Virus record (IMG/VR): IMGVR_UViG_3300020577_012390
Coordinates: 1-64,000 of that record
DNA: 64,000 nt
Source: a virus
Taxonomy: Duplodnaviria > Caudoviricetes
Direction: 5' to 3' (one strand)
The notes beneath the pieces were generated by a model. The model did not search any database, had not been told where the DNA came from, and saw only the letters and a program-made list of their open reading frames with translations. The position numbers and the translations under genes were made by a program. Of this stretch, positions 21,922 to 30,962 are shown piece after piece. Positions within the stretch are counted from its first letter, which is position 1; each line of letters begins with the position of its first letter.

Positions 21922-22205
21922 CCACCGAAAACGTCCAGGAACTCCGTGTGGCCTTCAACACGGACATTCACAGTTTGGCCACCTCGATAATCCGTAACCA
22001 CGACGAGGGGCGCCGGATCTACCTGGCGTGTGTCGGGAGTACGGCGGTCCACCAGGCGATGAAGGCGGTCGCTTCGGTCAACGCGAAGAGCGATGGTCAG
22101 GTGGCCGTGACCCCGTTCTTCGACGAGGTCCGGACCATCGACCGGGAGACGAAGAGGCCGATAGTTTTGACGGCCTTGAAATTCTGGGTTATCTTCGAGA
22201 AATAA
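21918..22205 (+). CDS. spoVS: SpoVS-family (Alba-like) protein
   Basis: LRVAFNTDIHSLATSI...IYLACVGSTAVHQAMKAVA...PFFDEV...TALKFWV parallels the SpoVS pattern LKVSAKSSPNSVAGAL...AIGAGALNQAVKAVA...PAFTDI...TAIKLIV. Confidence 0.7.
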   Translation: MTTENVQELRVAFNTDIHSLATSIIRNHDEGRRIYLACVGSTAVHQAMKAVASVNAKSDGQVAVTPFFDEVRTIDRETKRPIVLTALKFWVIFEK

Positions 22206-22206
22206 G

Positions 22207-22656
22207 ATGGCCATAAACGGTAACAGGAAAGGGAAGGTCGGGGAACGTCTTACAGCTTTGGACGTTCGGGAGGCTTTCCCCTGGATCGCGGACCAGGTCC
22301 GGAGAGGGTGGCAGGCGCGGAAGGGGTCCGACGATCCTGACGTTATTGGCCTCCCTAAAATCTGGTTGGAGTCCAAGAAGGGCCGCCAACCCAATCCCAG
22401 GGGCGCGCTCGCCCAGGCGGCGAAGGACTCGAAGGGGCGCGGCCACTACCCGGTGGCGGTCATTCGGGACGACCGGAGCAAGCCCTTCGTGGTCCTCTAT
22501 TGGGCCGACTTCCTGGAATTGATCCGTCCATTTGTGCTGAAAGAGACCGAGAGGAAAACCGATGGAACCGAGGCAAATTCTGTACGTGAAGGGCGAGGAC
22601 GGCAGGATGTACGAGCAGATCCCGTCCCTGGACGAACCTGGCGAGTTCGTCTATGA
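22207..22656 (+). CDS. Holliday-junction resolvase (PD-(D/E)XK type)
   Basis: RKGKVGER...GSDDPDV...IWLESKK. Confidence 0.7.
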   Translation: MAINGNRKGKVGERLTALDVREAFPWIADQVRRGWQARKGSDDPDVIGLPKIWLESKKGRQPNPRGALAQAAKDSKGRGHYPVAVIRDDRSKPFVVLYWADFLELIRPFVLKETERKTDGTEANSVREGRGRQDVRADPVPGRTWRVRL

Positions 22657-23722
22657 GCCGGCCGAACCGGGTCTGACGTTCAAGGAGGCCCCGACGCGGG
22701 ACGGACGGTTTATCGCCGTTCGAGATGCGGCGGAACACGCGCGTCACGGGCACCACGTCCAGGCGAACGGGAGGGGTGTGTTCATCGCCTCCCCCACCAC
22801 CCACGCGGCCCACTTCGGGAAGGAGTTCACCGGGGAGGGCTTCGAGGAGGTGGACCCGGCGAAGGCGAAGCAGCACCTCAAGAAATTGAGCGTGCTCGAA
22901 AAACAGATGATGTCCATCCAGGCGGTCCGTCAGGACAGTGCGCCGGGGGCGGCGTCTGTCGAGGTCGTCACCGACGAGAAGTTCTTCGAGCTGCACGAGA
23001 CCTACAAGGCCGCGGCGGCGCGGGGGGAGCAGAACCTCGTCGACTTCACCCCGGTCGCGGTCTACTCCGCTCGCCTGATGAACAAGAAAACCGGGAAGAT
23101 GATCCGGCCCCTGATGAGGGGGGAGGTCGGTATTCGGCCCAACGGAACCATCGTGGTTCTGGAGAAGGGGTTTGGCTCGGGAAACCTGATCGCGGTCCCC
23201 AAGGGTTTTCAGAGCGCCAAACCCGATATCATCATCACCGGGATCGACGCCGCCAAGGGCGGGGACGACAAAACCGTCGTCACCGAGTTCGCTGTCCGTC
23301 CCGATGGTGGGGTGGTCATCGCGCAGTCCTACACGCTCCCCAAGTTCGGGGTGAGCGAGGGCGACGAGGTCGAGCCGGAACCGGGTGTCGTCCTCGACGA
23401 CCCCTTCCCCGAGCAGCCTCCCACCCACCAGCGGATCATCCGACCGGCGGCGAGGCCGGCTATCGTGGTCCCCCCGACCGTGGGGATCGCGGCCTCGGGT
23501 GAGGAGGACGAGGAAGAGGTGGCGGAATTCAAGCCCAGGAATTCCGATGGGGTGGAAGAGTACCATCCCCGGCCCGCGACCGACGTGGATGAGGCCGAAG
23601 CGGTCCACCCGACCGAGTACAACCCCAACGGCGGGCCCCGGCGTCTGGGCGGGTTCGGGCGGGGGAATGAGCCCCCCTCGGGCGGTAACCGGCGCTATAC
23701 CGGGTTTTTCAACAAGGGATAA
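22562..23722 (+). CDS. Hypothetical protein with acidic/Pro-rich C-terminus
   Basis: GAGG RBS; GC3-rich codon use. Confidence 0.6.
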   Translation: MEPRQILYVKGEDGRMYEQIPSLDEPGEFVYEPAEPGLTFKEAPTRDGRFIAVRDAAEHARHGHHVQANGRGVFIASPTTHAAHFGKEFTGEGFEEVDPAKAKQHLKKLSVLEKQMMSIQAVRQDSAPGAASVEVVTDEKFFELHETYKAAAARGEQNLVDFTPVAVYSARLMNKKTGKMIRPLMRGEVGIRPNGTIVVLEKGFGSGNLIAVPKGFQSAKPDIIITGIDAAKGGDDKTVVTEFAVRPDGGVVIAQSYTLPKFGVSEGDEVEPEPGVVLDDPFPEQPPTHQRIIRPAARPAIVVPPTVGIAASGEEDEEEVAEFKPRNSDGVEEYHPRPATDVDEAEAVHPTEYNPNGGPRRLGGFGRGNEPPSGGNRRYTGFFNKG

Positions 23723-23727
23723 ACAAC

Positions 23728-24111
23728 ATGCTGGTAGCGGGTTCAGTCACGGTTTCCGGTCCCGATCCGCTCGGGGAGTCGGGTTCCGGTCTCGCGTGGG
23801 CGATCTACACCGCCGACAAGGCGACGTCGGCGATCCTGGACCCCGACGTACCCCCCGAGGGGTGGCCGTCTGGTCCGGAAGCGTGGGCGGTCAAAGCGAA
23901 AATCGGGCGCTACAATCTCCTCAAGGAACTCGCCCGTAAGGCGACGGCGTACGCGGCGGGTATGGTGGGGTACCTGACGGCGAACGCTGAGGTCGAAGTC
24001 AAGGTGACCACTTCCACCGGGGGCCTCCAGCGGACCCCCAACCCCAACAACCCCAACACCGACACGGTGGCGCCCTCGACGGAGAAGACCCTGAGCGGTA
24101 CGATCTCCTGA
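23728..24111 (+). CDS. Hypothetical protein
   Basis: Operon-packed; TGATG overlap. Confidence 0.55.
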   Translation: MLVAGSVTVSGPDPLGESGSGLAWAIYTADKATSAILDPDVPPEGWPSGPEAWAVKAKIGRYNLLKELARKATAYAAGMVGYLTANAEVEVKVTTSTGGLQRTPNPNNPNTDTVAPSTEKTLSGTIS

Positions 24112-24317
24112 TGCCCAGGAAGTACGCGAATGGTTCCGAGAGCCGCCTGTCCCGCGAGGGTTTGGGCGGCGCTGAGATCGATGGGAAGCGGGTCAAAGTC
24201 ATCTACGCCCACGGGGAAAGGCGTAGGAAACGCACGGTCCATTTCGTTGATGGAACGGCGAAAAACATGAGCATCGATACCCTGGTGGGTCACCTCATCG
24301 AGAGCAGGGAGAAATGA
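24111..24317 (+). CDS. Small hypothetical protein
   Basis: TGATG and ATGA coupled. Confidence 0.55.
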   Translation: MPRKYANGSESRLSREGLGGAEIDGKRVKVIYAHGERRRKRTVHFVDGTAKNMSIDTLVGHLIESREK

Positions 24318-24553
24318 CCGACAAGAAACCTGGCTGTTGTGGGGACGCGGTAACCCGAATTGACATCGTCAAAAACGCTTGCAGGAACCTGTGGGCGGGT
24401 CACAAGGGGGTTGCCGAGTTGTACGAGACCATCGTGAAGGACCTGGAGCTGGCCGGCGTCGAGGCGGAGGAGATCGAGCCGTTCAAGGAGCGGGCGCGGG
24501 AACACTTCAAGATGGCCGAAGAGTCGTTGAAGGTTGCGGAATTGACGGAGTGA
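24314..24553 (+). CDS. Small hypothetical protein
   Basis: GGGAG RBS, ATGA coupled. Confidence 0.55.
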   Translation: MTDKKPGCCGDAVTRIDIVKNACRNLWAGHKGVAELYETIVKDLELAGVEAEEIEPFKERAREHFKMAEESLKVAELTE

Positions 24554-24558
24554 AAAGC

Positions 24559-25371
24559 ATGGCGAATCCAGAGCGTGTGTTGCGGTGCCGGTTTGCGGTT
24601 GTCCAGGCGGCGTTGACCTTCGTGGGGCTGGGCCCCGACCCGGGGGAGGACAAGGAGGGGTACCAGGCGCGGATCTGGCCCAACGACACCCCCTTCGACC
24701 GGCGGGAGATGGCCCTCGGTCCGAAGAAGCAATACTCGTGCGCGATGACGTACGAGCAGGCGTGTCGGAAGGCGGGGTTCCAGTGGCCGATGGCGTGGAT
24801 GAAACACGACATCAAGGACGCGCTGGTCCTGTCGATGCGGGAGCGTCTGAACGGTTTCTCACCGCCGCTATATCCGGTGACGATGGGGAACGAGTTCTTC
24901 CGCCAGAAGGGGGGTTCGACCAACCTCACCCGGAAGACGTTCAGCCCTGCGGAGCGCGAGGAGTTCATCGCGAACGCGCTCCTGACGAAGGTTTTTCTGC
25001 CTGGGAATTTTCTCGTCCAGGGTCTCAAGCAGGGAGGACCTCCGGGGTCCGTCTGGGGGAAGAACACCTACAACGGCGAGCACGTCCAGATTTTCGAGGA
25101 ACTCGTGGAAATCGAGACGCTCGAAAACGGTGAGATCCATATCACCGCCTGGGTCATCGAGGGCGGCCAGCCGGGCGTGAAGCGGAACCTACGGCACTTC
25201 GTCATGACCCCGAGGGGCGAACTCTGGGCGACGAAAGACCGGCAGGACCTCGAAGGCGATGGTCGTCCCCATGTCGGCCGGCGTGTCTCGTTCATCGGGG
25301 ACCTGGGGAGCGGGGCCGTCTCGGACTGGTGGACCGACCTCTCCGGCGACGTGAGCCCCACGGGGGTTTTA
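24559..25371 (+). CDS. Hypothetical protein; ends at TTA (fused to QueD under the standard code)
   Basis: ATG 24559; TTA 25369-25371 lies 3 nt before the QueD ATG in the same frame. Confidence 0.6.
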
Positions 25372-25374
25372 CAG

Positions 25375-25746
25375 ATGGCGAAATACCGCATCGGGAAGAC
25401 TCTGGAGTTCGCGGCGGCGCACCATATCGAGGGTCTTCCCCCCGACCACCCCTGCTCCAACGTCCATGGTCACTCCTACAAGATGACCATCGAGCTGGAG
25501 AGCGAAGCCGTCGATGACGTCGGTTTCGTCCTGGATTTCAACGTCCTGAAAACGCTCAGGAACCACCTCGACCACCAGGACCTCAACAAGGTCCTCCCCT
25601 GCAACCCGACATCGGAGAACATCGCGAAATGGGCCGCTCAAAAACTAAACGACCTGTTGTTCAGGATGGGCGAGCTGGATGTAAAGATCCTGCGGGTCCG
25701 GGTGTCGGAGAGCGAAACGAGCTGGGCGGAGTGGTCGTCCGTCTAG
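25375..25746 (+). CDS. queD: 6-carboxy-5,6,7,8-tetrahydropterin synthase
   Basis: FAAAHH...HPCSNVHGHSY; LDHQDLN; NPTSENIA; VSESETSWAE. Confidence 0.9.
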   Translation: MAKYRIGKTLEFAAAHHIEGLPPDHPCSNVHGHSYKMTIELESEAVDDVGFVLDFNVLKTLRNHLDHQDLNKVLPCNPTSENIAKWAAQKLNDLLFRMGELDVKILRVRVSESETSWAEWSSV

Positions 25747-25757
25747 TCCCGCCGAAG

Positions 25758-25961
25758 GTGAACCGGGACTCGATCAAGGTCCTGGAGCATCTCCTGGAGA
25801 TGGCCGAGAAGGGGGAGATCGTCTCCCTGGTCTGCGTCGCAGAATGTACGGGCGATAGGAGCGCCACGAGTTTTGTGATAACCAATAACCGTACCTCGAT
25901 GCCGAACATGATCTACGGACTCGAACAGATCAAACATCGGCTTCTGACCCGCGGCGACTAG
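25758..25961 (+). CDS. Small hypothetical protein
   Basis: GAAGG RBS, GTG start, between queD and queE. Confidence 0.5.
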   Translation: MNRDSIKVLEHLLEMAEKGEIVSLVCVAECTGDRSATSFVITNNRTSMPNMIYGLEQIKHRLLTRGD

Positions 25962-25972
25962 GAGAACCGATT

Positions 25973-26683
25973 ATGAGCATGTTGAAACTCGTTGACTTCG
26001 AGAACCCCGTCTGGCGCACCATCCAGGGGGAGGGGAAGCATGTCGGGACCCCCTCAACCTTTGTGCGCTTTTGGGGGTGCGATTTCTCATGCTCATGGTG
26101 CGACACGAAGCGGTCCTGGGAGCCGGGGTCGAACTACACCGAAATCTCGAAGGAAGACCTGCTCCAGCGGATTCTCCAGGAGGCGGGAGACACCCGGCAT
26201 GTCGTCTTGACGGGCGGCAATCCCTTCCTCCAGGGCGATGGGGTCTCCGCGATCATCGTCGCGCTCCAACAGGCGCGGAAGTACGTCACGGTCGAGACGC
26301 AGGGGAGCGTGTTCCACGAGAATATGGTCGCGCTCCCCAACCTCCTCTCCCTGTCCCCGAAGCTGCACGACTGGCGGGAAGAAGAGCTTGAACGGATTTT
26401 GAGTCATCGTAAATATCGGTTTGCCGCGTCTGGGATCGCGGAGACCCAGATCAAGGTCGTCGTGGCCAACGACGTCGGCGCGGGTATGGCGGTTTCCAAG
26501 CTGCGAAAAATCTTTGAGAACTATCGACTCGGGCTCCTCCTCACGGAGGGGTTGATCCTCCAGCCCGAGTTCTCGTCGGGGAGGGTGGGTGTCGAAGCGG
26601 CGGTCAAGGCTGCCATCGACAACCCGGACGTTCCTCTGCGGGTCATTCCGCAGGCCCACAAGAAATCTCTTTTCGTGAGGTGA
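25973..26683 (+). CDS. queE: 7-carboxy-7-deazaguanine synthase (radical SAM)
   Basis: TIQGEG...FVRFWGCDFSCSWCDT (CX3CX2C), VVLTGGNP, VETQG, LSPK, LQPE, PQAHK. Confidence 0.9.
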   Translation: MSMLKLVDFENPVWRTIQGEGKHVGTPSTFVRFWGCDFSCSWCDTKRSWEPGSNYTEISKEDLLQRILQEAGDTRHVVLTGGNPFLQGDGVSAIIVALQQARKYVTVETQGSVFHENMVALPNLLSLSPKLHDWREEELERILSHRKYRFAASGIAETQIKVVVANDVGAGMAVSKLRKIFENYRLGLLLTEGLILQPEFSSGRVGVEAAVKAAIDNPDVPLRVIPQAHKKSLFVR

Positions 26684-26689
26684 AAAGCA

Positions 26690-26875
26690 ATGATAACGGT
26701 GACCATCAGGAACACGGAGACCGGCCGAGAAGAGACCTTGTCCGGTGAAGATGCTGTCGTGATCGTTGAAGGTCGCGGCGAAGCTGACGTCTACTCGACG
26801 AAGGGAGAGAGCGCGTGCCTCGAAGTTCTAAACGAAACGGTCGACGTGATCCGGCAGCGGTCCTCGCTTCACTAG
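26690..26875 (+). CDS. Small hypothetical protein
   Basis: GAGG RBS; overlaps folE start by 61 nt. Confidence 0.4.
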   Translation: MITVTIRNTETGREETLSGEDAVVIVEGRGEADVYSTKGESACLEVLNETVDVIRQRSSLH

Positions 26876-27435
26876 AGGAACATTTCCGGAAGTTTCTGGA
26901 GGAAGTCGGGGCCTTCAAAAACAATAGCCCCGAACTCGATATCGAGGGTACCCCGGCGAGGGTGGCCAAGATGTACGCGAGGGAACTCCTCGCTTCCTAC
27001 CAGGAGGGGGCGCGGGAAGAGTTTCTGGGGACGCTAAAATCCTTCAAACTCACGAAGGAGCCGGAGATGGTGGTGGTCCGCAAGATTCCCTTCAATTCCT
27101 TGTGCGCCCACCACCTCCTCCCCTTCCACGGGGAAGCCCATATCGGGTACGTCCCCACGACCCATCTTGCGGGCCTTTCTAAGTTTGTTCGGATCGTGAA
27201 TTACCATGCCGCGAAACTCCAGACCCAGGAATCCATGACCTCCGACATTGCTCAGGAGATCGAAGACTTCCTGAAGCCCGCAGGAGTGGGTGTGCGTCTG
27301 TCGGCGGTCCACCTGTGCATGTCCTGTCGGGGTGTCCGGGTGGCGGGTTCGGACACCCTGACGACGGCTCTCCGGGGAGTCTTCAAGGAGCCGAACGTGA
27401 AACAGGAATTCTACTCGCAACTTCCGATTTTGTTA
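26815..27435 (+). CDS. folE: GTP cyclohydrolase I; ends at TTA
   Basis: TPARVAK, SLCAHHLLPF, GLSK, QTQE, HLCMSCRGV; TTA 27433-27435 followed by a promoter. Confidence 0.9.
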
Positions 27436-27443
27436 TTCAGGGG

Positions 27444-27473
27444 TTGACTTTCCGTATCAAGAGGGGGTAGACT
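27444..27473 (+). promoter_or_regulatory. Sigma70-like promoter
   Basis: TTGACT-18-TAGACT. Confidence 0.5.
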
Positions 27474-27518
27474 GGAATTCCAGGGTGAGAGAGATCCCTG
27501 GAAGGAGCATCCCCGACG

Positions 27519-27926
27519 ATGGAGGAGAAACCCGAGAAACGGCGCTCACTCCCCCTTTGGATCAGGTGTTGGTACTTCGAGCACATGAAACATCGGGAGG
27601 CGTGTGCGGCCCAGATGTATCCCCCGTGCGTGAAGTGCAGCCTCCCAAAGGACCTGCACTACGTCCTCGCGGACGTCGACAAGGAAGCGGTTGCCGCCGT
27701 GGAGGCGGTCGTGGACAAGGCAGAAGACAAATATGAAGATAGACAAAAACAGCGTGCTCGAAGGTCTCGTCCAGTTGGTCTCGTTGTTGGAGGCCAAGGT
27801 GATGGGGGAGGGGGAGGTAAGCGAAAGCGAGGCGGGCGAGTTGCTCCCCTGGGCGGAGGACTTGAAGACGAGCTTCGAGAACTTCGACTGGACGGGGTTC
27901 TCGTCGAAGACGACGCCGACTTCTGA
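27519..27926 (+). CDS. Hypothetical protein with C-x2-C; C-terminus overlaps next gene
   Basis: GGAG RBS; plausible protein up to about 27730, then a 194 nt overlap. Confidence 0.4.
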   Translation: MEEKPEKRRSLPLWIRCWYFEHMKHREACAAQMYPPCVKCSLPKDLHYVLADVDKEAVAAVEAVVDKAEDKYEDRQKQRARRSRPVGLVVGGQGDGGGGGKRKRGGRVAPLGGGLEDELRELRLDGVLVEDDADF

Positions 27927-28293
27927 CGACTTCATCCCCGACGCCATCGGGATTTCCGGCGGTCAAAACCCCCGGTCGGTGACCGCCCCCGACAACCCCG
28001 GACTGAAAATCCACCTCCGAGTTATGCAAGATCGGTTGACGGAGATTGTGGATGGTCATATACATGACCTCCAAGCCTCCTTGACCGAACTCGGGTGCGG
28101 AGGGGACTGCTACTCCTGTCCCAACCCCGAAGGCTTTTCCGAGACCCGATTTCAGGTGGGCGCCTGCCTGAAAACCGTGGTCGATTCCCTGGACCTGGAC
28201 CGGCGCTACTACACCGACAACGAAGAGAACGAGGAAGACCATGCCGAAAGTGAAGACGAAGACCGCTCCGACGAAGAAGACGACGAAGGTTGA
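27733..28293 (+). CDS. Hypothetical Cys-containing acidic protein
   Basis: CGGDCYSCP...C motif; acidic tail. Confidence 0.55.
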   Translation: MKIDKNSVLEGLVQLVSLLEAKVMGEGEVSESEAGELLPWAEDLKTSFENFDWTGFSSKTTPTSDDFIPDAIGISGGQNPRSVTAPDNPGLKIHLRVMQDRLTEIVDGHIHDLQASLTELGCGGDCYSCPNPEGFSETRFQVGACLKTVVDSLDLDRRYYTDNEENEEDHAESEDEDRSDEEDDEG

Positions 28294-29053
28294 AGAGCCG
28301 CGGAAGCGGCGGGCGCGCGGGACGGCGCCTCCCCGTCACCCCATCGTCGCGGACCTGAGCGGGGCCCAGAAGAAGGCGTTGTCGGTCGTCGACCGCCTCC
28401 AGGCGACGATCAACGAGACCGAGGAGAAGCTCCAGGAGGCGATGGTCGGATTGGTCGAAGCCCTCGACCCCGCGCTCACCCTGGTCCACCCCGAGACCGG
28501 CGAGTCCTGGACCGTCATGAACCGCTCCAGCGACCCCAAGAACCCGCGGTACTTCCTGCGGCCGAAACCCACGGGGCGGAAACCGAAGCCCGGGAAGAAG
28601 GTCAAGGAGAAGAAGGAGAAGGCGCCGCCGAAGATCAAGGCGAAGGGTCTGGCGGCGAAGAAGATCGCCGCGAGCGCGGCGACCCCGGCGAAGAAGGCGG
28701 GCCCCAAGGTCAAGGTGAAGGCGAAGGGGAAGTCGGCGCCCGAAAAACCCGTCGTCAAGGTGAAGGTCAAGTCCAAGGCCGCCCCCGCGAAGGCGGCGAC
28801 CCCTCCCCCGGCGCCCAAGGCGAAGGTGAAAGTCAAGGCGGCGAAAACCGCGTCCGCGCCGGCCTCGAAGGTCAAAACCAAGGTCAAGGCGCCGGCTCCC
28901 CCGAAGGAGAAGGTCAAGGCCCCCAAGGTCGAGACGTCCACCGGGGCGAAGGACAAGCCCGCCCCCTCGGAACCGGCGATCCCGCCCCCTCCCGGGGCGA
29001 AGGACAAGCCCGCCCCCTCGGAACCGGCGATCCCGCCCCCTCCCGGGTCGTGA
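28241..29053 (+). CDS. Histone H1-like Lys/Ala/Pro-rich DNA-binding protein
   Basis: Repeated KVKVKAK and PAKK tracts in the C-terminal two thirds. Confidence 0.65.
   Translation: MPKVKTKTAPTKKTTKVEEPRKRRARGTAPPRHPIVADLSGAQKKALSVVDRLQATINETEEKLQEAMVGLVEALDPALTLVHPETGESWTVMNRSSDPKNPRYFLRPKPTGRKPKPGKKVKEKKEKAPPKIKAKGLAAKKIAASAATPAKKAGPKVKVKAKGKSAPEKPVVKVKVKSKAAPAKAATPPPAPKAKVKVKAAKTASAPASKVKTKVKAPAPPKEKVKAPKVETSTGAKDKPAPSEPAIPPPPGAKDKPAPSEPAIPPPPGS
28941..29042 (+). repeat. Perfect 51-bp tandem duplication (17 aa GAKDKPAPSEPAIPPPP)
   Basis: Two identical copies at 28941-28991 and 28992-29042. Confidence 0.9.
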
Positions 29054-29056
29054 CCG

Positions 29057-29425
29057 ATGGCGGCGCGTAAGGAGGTGCTGAGGACCCCCCACGCGACCGC
29101 CCGAGATCGAAAGGTCAGTCTCCTGGTCATCCACGGGAAACTGGCCTTTCGGCGTTCGGTGGTCTACTGCGACCAGGACAAGATGGATTATCCATCTGCT
29201 AAAAACGACGGGAAGGGGTTCTGCCTGGTTCACGAGAAACCTCTCTCGTGGGACCTCTGCTCGACGTGTCCGTTCAATCGTGGGTTCGCGTGGCTGTACT
29301 CCGACGAGTACCAGCAAGACGAAGATGGAGCCCCGAAAATCAGTTACAAACGCACCCGCGAGGTGGACAATGACCGTGTTCAGGCTGAAGTTCCAGAGGA
29401 CGACGACTTTCGGGACGAGTGCTGA
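29057..29425 (+). CDS. Hypothetical Cys-containing protein
   Basis: C...C-x-x-H...C-x-x-C pattern; operon-packed. Confidence 0.5.
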   Translation: MAARKEVLRTPHATARDRKVSLLVIHGKLAFRRSVVYCDQDKMDYPSAKNDGKGFCLVHEKPLSWDLCSTCPFNRGFAWLYSDEYQQDEDGAPKISYKRTREVDNDRVQAEVPEDDDFRDEC

Positions 29426-29447
29426 TAAAAATACCGAAAATAAAACC

Positions 29448-29756
29448 TTGATTTTCGGTACGGGGGCGGGTAAGGTGGGTTTCACGTTGCGTTACCGGAG
29501 GACGCGACGGGAACAGGAGGAAACGCCGGGTGAGTGGGTGAAGGCGGTAAGCCAAATTCACCCCGACAAAATCCTAAAGTTGAAGCGCCGGGGAGACCTG
29601 GCGATCATCCTGATGGAAACGGTTTCAGACACGGCCCTGGAGGAGAAGTTCGACGGATTTTTCCTCATCTGGCTCAAGGTTGCGGTACCCTCGAACCGCG
29701 GGGATCGGTGGGCTTTTGACACCTCCCTGGACGAACTCGGGATCGGGTTGCTCTGA
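29448..29756 (+). CDS. Hypothetical protein (start uncertain)
   Basis: Fills the gap between neighbours; TTG 29448 or GTG 29475 start. Confidence 0.35.
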   Translation: MIFGTGAGKVGFTLRYRRTRREQEETPGEWVKAVSQIHPDKILKLKRRGDLAIILMETVSDTALEEKFDGFFLIWLKVAVPSNRGDRWAFDTSLDELGIGLL

Positions 29757-29812
29757 CCCGGTCCTAAACGTAAGTGAACAGCAGACAAACGGTAAAAGAG
29801 AGAGAGAACACC

Positions 29813-30868
29813 ATGAAGAAGCCCAGCGAGATGTCTTTCGGTGAGTTGCGCAAGTTTGCGATGACCTTGAAGGTCGACACCTCGGGCGTGAAGCAGCCCG
29901 ACCTCCTCCGGGCGGTCGAGAAGGCGATTGCCGCCCAGAGCGGGAAGGGGACCCCCGCGGACCCCAACCCGAAGGCGAAGGCGGCTGCTCCCTCCGCCCC
30001 CGCGACCACCCCGAAGGAGCGTCCGGCGCCGGCTGCGAAGGAGGACGCCCCCACCCCCGAGGGGCGTGCGAAGGCGGCTGCCCCCGCGGAGACCGGCGGG
30101 TCGATGGGGCCGGCGATCAAGAAGATCGACGAATTGACCGCCCTCATCGGCGGTTTCGAGGAGCGCGTCGAGAAGCTGGAGTCGTTCGGTGACGAGGTCC
30201 GCGGCATCATCGGCGGGTTCTCGAACATCATCACGCTCCTTGGCGGCGCGATCGTCGCCGTCGCGGAGGCGGTGGGCGAGGAGGGTTCCGAGGCCATCAC
30301 GAAGGTCAAGGACCTGGTCGCCGGGGGCGACGGGAGCGTGGGGAACGAGACCCTGGAGATCAGCGACGCCGCCCTCGACAAGATGGAAATCGAGGAGCTG
30401 AAAACCCTCGGCGCGACCCTGAACGCCAAGAAGAAGGCGGGGATCGACCTCGACGTCAAGAGCGCCCGGGTCCTCCGCGAGCGTATCAAGAAGTGGCTGG
30501 CGTCCCACGCGGAAGACCTGACGGTCGACGAAGCCAACCCCACGGCGGCGTCGGGGACGGCGCGCGAGTCCACGAAGAAGCCCGCTCCGGCGGGTGAGGT
30601 CGAGGAGGAGACGGAGGCCGAAGAGGAGGAAGAAGAAGAGGTCCTCCCCGAGTGCCCCTTCAAGGTCGATGAGGCCGTCGAGGTCGACTTCGGGGAAGAA
30701 GGGTGGAAGAAGGGCAAGGTCCTCGCGATCTACGTCGAGCAGGACGGCGAGAACGACGCGGAGAGCTGCGACGTCGAGATCGAGGAGGACGAGGCGGTGG
30801 TCGGCGCCGCCTGGACCGAGATGCGCGCGTTCAAGGCCAAGACCAAGGTGAAGGTCAAGGCGAAGTGA
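29813..30868 (+). CDS. Multi-domain protein: Rho-N/HEH-like helical repeats, K/A/P linker, C-terminal Tudor/Agenet-like domain
   Basis: EMSFGELRKFAMTLKVDTSGVKQPDLLRAV; KMEIEELKTLG; FKVDEAVEVDFGEEGWKKGKVLAI. Confidence 0.5.
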   Translation: MKKPSEMSFGELRKFAMTLKVDTSGVKQPDLLRAVEKAIAAQSGKGTPADPNPKAKAAAPSAPATTPKERPAPAAKEDAPTPEGRAKAAAPAETGGSMGPAIKKIDELTALIGGFEERVEKLESFGDEVRGIIGGFSNIITLLGGAIVAVAEAVGEEGSEAITKVKDLVAGGDGSVGNETLEISDAALDKMEIEELKTLGATLNAKKKAGIDLDVKSARVLRERIKKWLASHAEDLTVDEANPTAASGTARESTKKPAPAGEVEEETEAEEEEEEEVLPECPFKVDEAVEVDFGEEGWKKGKVLAIYVEQDGENDAESCDVEIEEDEAVVGAAWTEMRAFKAKTKVKVKAK

Positions 30869-30906
30869 ACGCCTCGATTACCTTACACACCATCGGCGCC
30901 AGTGAG

Positions 30907-30940
30907 AACCCTCGGGGGAGCGATCCCTCGGGGGTTTTCT
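30907..30940 (+). terminator. Rho-independent terminator
   Basis: CCCTCGGGGGA-GCGA-TCCCTCGGGGG stem with GNRA loop followed by TTTTCT. Confidence 0.75.
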
Positions 30941-30962
30941 GCTTTCTAAAAACGGAGGAACC

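Noticed and set aside
25150-25200. GGQ tripeptide in the 24559-25371 protein as a phage release factor for UUA
   Set aside because: Context EGGQPGVKRN does not match the G-x-GGQ-x-VN release-factor motif and no other RF features are visible; GGQ also occurs by chance in the SSB, QueC and 27733 proteins
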